Positions 57,101 to 64,000 of a stretch of 64,000 nucleotides of DNA are shown here, piece after piece. Below the pieces are notes generated by a model. That model did not search any database. It saw only the letters and a list, made by a program, of their open reading frames with translations, and was not told where the DNA came from. The stretch covers positions 1 through 64,000 of the forward strand of contig JBEUKZ010000068.1 in NCBI GenBank assembly GCA_048128005.1, read 5' to 3'. The position numbers were made by a program, and so were the translations under genes. This DNA comes from Veleropilina oligotropha. Lineage: Eukaryota. Within the stretch, counting starts at the first letter, position 1. Each line of letters begins with the position of its first letter.

Positions 57101-60100
57101 CTCTTGTTATTGTACATACGAGTGCACCAACAACGCCTTTGGGTAGATGGATCGGTCAGTGAAGTCTCTTGATATTGTACATACGAGTCACCAACAACGC
57201 CAAGAACTCTCTTGATATTGTACATATACGAGAGCACCAACAACGCCATGAAGTCTCTTGATATTGTACATATACGAGTGCACCAACAGCGCCATGAAGT
57301 CTCTTGATATTGTGCATACGAGTGCACCAACAACGTAATGAAGTCTCTTGATATTGTACATACGAGTCACCAACAACGCCATGAAGTCTCTTGATATTGT
57401 ACATATACGAGTGCACCAACAACGCCATGAAGTCTCTTGATATTGTGCATACGAGTGCACCTACAACGCCATGAAGTCTCTTGATATTGTACATACGAGT
57501 CACCAACAACGCCATGAAGTCTCTTGATATTGTACATACGAGTCACCAACAACGCCATGAACTCTCTTGATATTGTACATACGATTCACCAACAACGCCA
57601 TGAAGTCTCTTCATATAGTGCATACGAGTCACCAACAACGCCATGAAGTCCCTTGATATTGTACATACGAGTCACCAACAACGCCATGAAGTCTCTTGAT
57701 ATTGTACATACGAGTCACCAACAACGCCATGAACTCTCTTGATATTGTACATACGAGTCACCAACAACGCCGTGAAGTCTCTTGATATTGTACATACGAG
57801 TCACCAACAACGCCATGAAGTCCCTTGATATTGTACATACGAGTCACCAACAACGCCATGAAGTCTCTTGATATTGTACCTACGAGTCACCAACAACGCC
57901 ATGAAGTCTCTTGCTATTGTACATACGAGTCACCAACAACGCCATGAAGTCTATTGATATTGTACCTACGAGCGCACCAACAACGCCTTTGGATAGATGG
58001 ATTGGTCATGAAGTCTCTTGATATTGTACATACGAGTGCACCAACAACGCCATGAAGTGTCTTGATATTGTACATACGAGTCACCAACAACGCCATGAAG
58101 TCTCTGGATATTGTACATACGAGTCACCAACAACGCCATGAAGTCTATTGATATTGTACATATGAGTTCACCAACAACGCCTTGAAGTCTCTTGATATTG
58201 TACAAACGAGTCACCAACAACGCCATGAAGTCTCTTGATATTGTACCTACGAGTCACCAACAACGCCATGAAGTCTCTTGCTATTGTACATACGAGTCAC
58301 CAACAACGTCATGAAGTCTCTTGATATTGTGCATACGAGTCACCAACAACGCCATGAAGTCTCTTGATATTGTAAATACGAGTCACCAACAACGCCATGA
58401 AGTCTCTTGATATTGTACATACGAGTGCACCAACAACGTCATGAAGTCTCTTGATATTGTACATACAAGCGCACCAACAACGCCTTTGGATAGATGGATC
58501 GGTCATGAAGTCTCTTGATATTGTACATACGAGTCACCAACAACGCCATGAAGTCTCTTGATATTGTACATACGAGTCCCCAACAACGACATGAAGTCTC
58601 TTGATATTGTACATACGAGTCACCAACAACGACATGAAGTCTATTGATATTGTACATACGAGTCACCAACAACGCCACGAAGTCTCTTGATATTGTACAT
58701 ACGAGTCACCAACAACGCCATGAAGTCTCTTGATATTGTACATACGAGTTCACCAACAACGCCATGAAGTCTCTTGATATTGTAAATACGAGTCACCAAC
58801 AACGCCATGAAGTCTCTGGATATTGTACATACGAGTCACCAACAACGCCACGAAGTCTCTTGATATTGTACATACGAGTGCACCAACAACGCCATGAAGT
58901 CTATTGATATTGTACATACGAGTCACCAACAACGCCACGAAGTCTCTTGATATTGTACATACGAGTCACCAACAACGCCATGAAGTCTCTGGATATTGTA
59001 CATACGAGTCACCAACAACGCCATGAAGTCTCTTGATATTGTACATACGATTCCGCCTTTGGATAAATGGATCGGTCATGAAGTCTCTTGATATTGTACA
59101 TACGAGTCACCAACAACGCCATGAAGTCTCTTGATATTGTATATACGAGTGCACCAACAACGCCATGAAGTCTCTTGATATTGTTCATACGAGTCACCAA
59201 CCACACCATGAAGTCTCTTGATATTGTACATACGAGCCACCAACAACGCCATGAAGTCTCTTGACATTGTACATACGAGTCACCAACAACGACATGAAGT
59301 CTCTTGATATTGTACAAACGAGTCACCAACAACGCCATGATGTCTCTTGATATTGTACATACGAGTCACCAACAACGCCATGAAGTCTCTTGATATTGTA
59401 CATACTAGTCACCAACAACGCCATGAAGTCTCTTGATATTGTACATACGAGTCACCAACAACGCCATGAAGTCTCTTGATATTGTACATACGAGTGCACG
59501 AAGTCTCTTGATATTGTACATACGAGTCACCAACAACGCCATGAAGTCTCTTGATATTGTACATACTAGTCACCAACAACGCCATGAAGTCTCTTGATAT
59601 TTTACATACGAGTGCACCAACAACGCCATGAAGTCTCTTGATATTGTACATACGAGTCACCAACAACGCCATGAAGTCTCTTGATATTGTACATACGAGT
59701 CACCAACAACGCCATGAAGTCTCTTGATATTTTACATACGAGTGCACCAACAACGCCATGAAGTCTCTTGATATTGTGCATACGAGTCACCAACAACGCC
59801 ATGAAGTCTCTTGATATTGTGCATACGAGTCACCAACAACGCCATGAAGTCTCTTGATATTGTACATACGAGTGCAACAACAACGTCATGAAGTCTCTTG
59901 ATATTGTACATACGAGTCGCCAACAACGCCATGAAGTCTCTTGATATTGTACATACGAGTGCACCAACAACGCCATGAAGTCTCGTGATATTGTACATAC
60001 GAGTCACCAACAACGCCATGAAGTCTCTTGATATTGTACATACGAGTCACCAACAACGCCATGAAGTCTCTTGATATTGTACATACGAGTCGCCAACAAC

Positions 60101-61235
60101 ACCATGAAGTCTGTTGATATTGTACATACGAGTCACCAACAACGCCATGAAGTCTCCTGATATTGTACATACGAGTCACCAACAACGCCACGAAGTCTCT
60201 TGATATTGTACATACGAGTCACCAACAACGCCACGAAGTCTCTCGATATTGTACATACGAGTCACCAACAACGCCATGAAGTCTCGTGATATTGTACATA
60301 CGAGTGCACCAACAACGCCATGAAGTCTCTTGATATTGTGCATACGAGTCACCAACAACGCCATGAAGTCTCTTGATATTGTACATACGAGTGCACCAAC
60401 AACGCCATGAAGTCTCTTGATATTGTACATACGAGTCACCAACAACGCCATGAAGTCTCTTGATATTGTACATACGAGTCACCAACAACGCCATGAAATC
60501 ACTTGATATTGTGCATACGAGTCACCAACAACGCCATGAAGTCTCGTGATATTGTACATACGAGTCACCAACAACGCCATGAAGTCTCTTGATATTGTAC
60601 ATACGAGTCACCAACAACGCCATGAAATCACTTGATATTGTGCATACGAGTCACCAACAACGCCATGAAGTCTCTTGATATTGTGCATACGAGTCACCAA
60701 CAACGCCATGAAGTCTCTTGATATTGTACATACGAGTCACCAACAACGCCATGAAGTCTCTTGATATTGTACATACGAGTCACCAACAACGCCATGAAGT
60801 CTCTTGATATTGTGCATACGAGTCACCAACAACGCCATGAAGTCTCTTGATATTGTGCATACGAGTCACCAACAACGCCATGAAGTCTCTTGATATTGTA
60901 CATACGAGTCACCAACAACGCCATGAAGTCTCTTGATATTGTGCATACGAGTCACCAACAACGCCATGAAGTCTCTTGATATTGTACATACGAGTCACCA
61001 ACAACGCCATGAAGTCTCTTGATATTGTACATACGAGTCACCAACAACGCCATGAAGTCTCGTGATATTGTACATACGAGTCACCAACAACGCCATGAAG
61101 TTTCTTGATATTGTACATACGAGTCATCAACAACGCCATGAAGTCTCTTGATATTGTACATATGAGTCACCAACAACGCCACGAAGTCTCTTGATATTGT
61201 GCATATGCGTCACTAACAACGCCATGAAGTCTCTT

Positions 61236-62080
61236 ATAATGACACTTTTGTTCTCTTTGTCGATTATCGAGAGTTGGTTGGAAATATTTCTGTTGAAAAT
61301 ACGATACGTCGTGATTTGGCGGCCGGTAGATTACACCATATACAGTATCCGATACGTCGTGATTTGGCGGCCGGTAGATTACACCATATATTACATTTTT
61401 TGCATGGGTTTCGTTAATTGGAAAATATTTATGTCATTCCTGATTGTATATCATTTTTTATATATATTCCAACACCACCTCCAGTTTTATTTAAGCGTGA
61501 TTTTGAAATAAAAGAATAATTATCAATGTAGTAGCATGCATTATCATCATCGGAGTCCAGCCAAGTTTCACTGACAGCAATTGCCGAGAACGGATGTTCA
61601 AGAGTCGACAGATATTCGGTTAACGTACCAACATTATTTCTTAAGCTTCTGCAATTGATATGCAAAGTACTAAAATTTCGGTGAACATTGCTCTATGTTA
61701 AATTTTTAAATTCTTCTTCGATCAAATATTTACTGCAGAATTTAAATAGTTAGTATCCGGATCAATATCGACAATTTATTATAAACTTATCATTATTAAT
61801 GTCCGTAAATGGATTGAAGCACAAGTCATTCATATATAATTCGTTTGTGCATTTGCCACCTTCGTTGTTTTCAAGAAGAGCAATGGAAAACTCTGTTTCA
61901 TCTTCAATATTAATAAAAGGAAGCGTTTCAGATAAGGATTTGGCACATAAAGAGAAAGGATCATTTGCACTAGAAGAGCATTTGCTATGTATAAGAAAAT
62001 AACATTCAACACAAGAAATAGAATTGTGATTTTTTTCTTACATTATTATAGCATAATTGACATTTGTTATTGGCAGTATT
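61236..62080 (-). pseudogene. Degraded LINE ORF2 N-terminus: PHD-type finger, linker and APE endonuclease fragment
   Basis: Manual translation across frameshifts: CQLC..CVEC..HSKC..CAKS, ETLPFINIEDETEF, FNPF, DIDPDTNY, FSTLHINCRSL, AVSETWL, GGGVGIYIK, GVIYRPP, DKENKSVII; contains an in-frame TAG and several frameshifts. Confidence 0.88.
61302..61390. repeat. 41-bp direct duplication with 7-bp spacer (period 48) of the YRPP-coding segment
   Basis: CGATACGTCGTGATTTGGCGGCCGGTAGATTACACCATATA at 61302-61342 and 61350-61390. Confidence 0.95.
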
Positions 62081-62459
62081 TGGCCTAGTGAAGGGAAAAA
62101 GTTTAACTAGGAGAGAGGTTAAATTAAATAACGTAAAAATGTTGAAAAATTGATTTAGATGAATAAAATATCATAATATGACATAATATATACATGGACA
62201 AGATATAGACATGATTTTTTCTATATCTGAAAAACAAATAATAATACAGTAAGGATAATTAATTTTGATTTAAATTATTTAAAGATGATTAGTGTAACAT
62301 ACAGAGACTACTTTTGTTACACAACATTAACTTAATTATGTGCAACATATAAACTATGGATATTAATTATACAGTAAAAAAATAATGAATATTATACACA
62401 AGGTAAGACATTATTCATTTTCTTGAGAAAATAGTGTAATAAACTAATAATGTAAGAAA

Positions 62460-62870
62460 TTATTTACAGGCGTTGGGAGCATCACCTATGTTACAACCAA
62501 TGTGAAGGCGGCATTTCTTCCCATTGTGGGACAGGGCGATGATTTTGCCATTCACAAACCAAGCGCTCTCCACCTGGTCATGGTTTCGTGCTCGGTTCAG
62601 CAGTGTGACATTAGCGTGTGTCATGTCGTCGACCACGCTGATTTGTGTGTCTTTCAGTTTCTTTTGGTTTGTCATGTTTTCCTTTTTTATGCGATGTAAA
62701 AGGCGCGCAATAATGGCTCTTGGTTTTCCAGTTGAGCTCCGACCGAGACGGTGTGCGGCATCGATCTCGTCACTTGTTATGTCGATGCCAAGGTGTTCTT
62801 TGAAGACAGTTAACACTTTTTCTCTGCGGTTTTCATCTGCTTGTTCCGCAAGACCGAAGATCCTTATACA
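62460..62870 (-). pseudogene. LINE ORF1 C-terminal remnant (L1-ORF1p-like RRM/CTD type), 5'-truncated
   Basis: CIRIFGLAE..EN, IDAAHRLG, KPRAIIAR, KKLK, ISVVDDMT, AWFVNGKI motif pattern; upstream of and co-oriented with the ORF2 remnant. Confidence 0.8.
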
Positions 62871-63171
62871 TAAGATGTGATCATTTGAGACAATGTTACA
62901 ATATGATGTCTAGGGAGTTAATGAGTTGAACTTTAAGAATGGTTTAATTATATTGTTTTAAAATCTAAATTGAAATTACATTCTGTCATAAAGTAACTGT
63001 AGTAGATGCACTGCCAAAAGAGATTGATTGTTGCCTAGTGGTCCGACGTAATTAATTGTATCTTATCAATATAACAGCTAGAAGCAAGTTAACGACGATT
63101 AGCATCACATATTGTTTATGAAGACCCGAATGTTTAGACAAGTGAAAGTGATTAATGGCTATTAGTTATAA

Positions 63172-63421
63172 TCTTAATATAATGGAGCTATAATTGTATG
63201 TGTGTGTGTCTGTTTCAAGTTGAACTCCTCCCAGACGCTTTGACCTAGGACCTTCAAACTTTGGGGGGTTAATCGGGGTCCCCCAAGGAAGGTTTACCAC
63301 GAAAAAAATTCGGAAAATTCGGGAAAAAAAAAAAATATTTAAGGGAGCACTATCCAAAAAAAAAAAAAAAAAAAAATTGGGGTGGGGGGACTTGCCCGGC
63401 GAAGACGGGTACCATAGCTAG
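63172..63421 (+). mobile_element. Short non-autonomous Helitron (250 bp)
   Basis: A|TC 5' end, GT microsatellite near the 5' end, subterminal hairpin CCCG-GCGAAGA-CGGG (63395-63409), CTAG|T 3' end, no TSD. Confidence 0.8.
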
Positions 63422-63650
63422 TAATAATAATAATAATAATGATAAGCTTTATTTTAACTCGATAGCCTTATAGGTATAAACCTATTTTCATAAGGGTCGA
63501 AGGATAAAACAAGTTATAAAATATAAAACAAAGATATTTACATATATATACAAGCAAATATAAGTCGAAATTTAAATGTAGATATGTAGATGTATACAAA
63601 TACGTATATGAGAAAGTCATAAATGAAAAATAGAATAAAATATACAATTA
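63422..63650 (-). mobile_element. 3' end fragment of another CR1/L2-group LINE (or partner SINE)
   Basis: (TAA)6 tail 63422-63440, AATAAA (plus 63448-63453), stem-loop ATAGGT-TTAT-ACCTAT within TCGAC-CCTTAT-GAAA..AAGG, AT-rich UTR; same layout as positions 1-198. Confidence 0.72.
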
Positions 63651-64000
63651 CTAGCCAGGGTACCCGTCTTCGACGGGTGAGTCTCCCCACCTAATCAATA
63701 ACCTAATTTCTTATCTTGAACGCCTCTAACATTCCACGAAAGATCTGCAATGAGTGCTAACTATGAAAATATGAAAATTATCTAACAGATGAATGACACT
63801 GTAGATAACTATACCCTCCGTACTTGTCTACCAGATGAATTACTCTGTAGATAATATAATGTGTGCGATTTAAATCTAACAGATGAATCACACTGTAGAT
63901 AACTATACCCTCCGTACATGTTTCAGAGAATCAGACTGTAGATTATATGACAGCAGTGCATCCGATAGTAATGTAATAAACATTAACGGTAAAACAAAAG
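63651..64000 (-). mobile_element. 3' end of a second Helitron, probably extending beyond the window
   Basis: A|CTAG at 63650-63654, perfect hairpin ACCCGTC-TTC-GACGGGT at 63662-63678; terminal ~40 bp resemble the reverse complement of 63380-63421. Extent beyond about 63700 is inferred. Confidence 0.7.
63781..63945. repeat. Degenerate 46-48 bp minisatellite (94-bp dimer)
   Basis: TCTAACAGATGAAT.ACACTGTAGATAACTATACCCTCCGTAC at 63781 and 63875, with related units at 63827 and 63921. Confidence 0.8.

Larger units (their letters stand above)
7195..61235. repeat. Main 43-bp satellite array, single orientation
   Basis: Continuous head-to-tail monomers; ends at GAAGTCTCTT 61235. Confidence 0.99.

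Noticed and set aside
1668..60494. Hundreds of 60-160 aa ORFs (MALLVTRMYNIKRLH...)
   Set aside because: Arise from frame rotation of 42/43/44-bp monomers; no coding signal.
1556..61235. CRISPR array or RT-associated prokaryotic system
   Set aside because: Monomers are head-to-tail without unique spacers, no cas genes are present, and the RT is of eukaryotic non-LTR type.
1..61235. Telomeric or centromeric identity of the array
   Set aside because: No canonical telomeric repeat and no positional or chromatin data; cannot be supported from sequence.
1..62870. One LINE split by the array (5' half at 61-63 kb, RT half at 1-7 kb)
   Set aside because: Same strand and complementary domains, but the RT copies are intact with their own TSD inside the satellite, whereas the 5' half has many stops and frameshifts; different ages. 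A family relationship is untested.
61191..63357. Plus-strand ORFs 61191, 61799, 62502, 62524 and minus-strand ORFs 61830, 63166
   Set aside because: Antisense or off-frame readings of LINE and Helitron remnants with no recognisable motifs.
63356..63376. Poly(A) tail of a retrocopy
   Set aside because: Lies inside the Helitron, upstream of its hairpin and CTAG end; no TSD.

Overview
Eukaryotic (probably invertebrate) heterochromatin-like window with no supportable host gene. About 58 kb (1556-61235) is a tandem satellite with a 43-bp monomer (CACCAACAACGCCATGAAGTCTCTTGATATTGTACATACGAGT; 42/44/64-bp variants; roughly 1,350 copies estimated from length) in nested higher-order repeats. At the left, a 5'-truncated CR1/L2-group LINE (intact RT, 3' stem-loop, (TAT)n tail, 5-bp TSD) inserted into the satellite and was co-duplicated with it as a 5,639-bp unit. 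A satellite ATG is in frame with the RT, giving two identical 493-aa endonuclease-less chimeric ORFs. At the right edge the array abuts the degraded 5' half of a related LINE (ORF1, PHD finger, APE endonuclease) where the GDFN motif is expected, and the satellite reads RDFMALL there. The last kb holds two opposed Helitron 3' ends and another LINE 3' end. An 18-nt SMART/PacBio low-input adapter remnant at 38911-38928 indicates a local assembly artefact. The hundreds of short ORFs are satellite translation noise.
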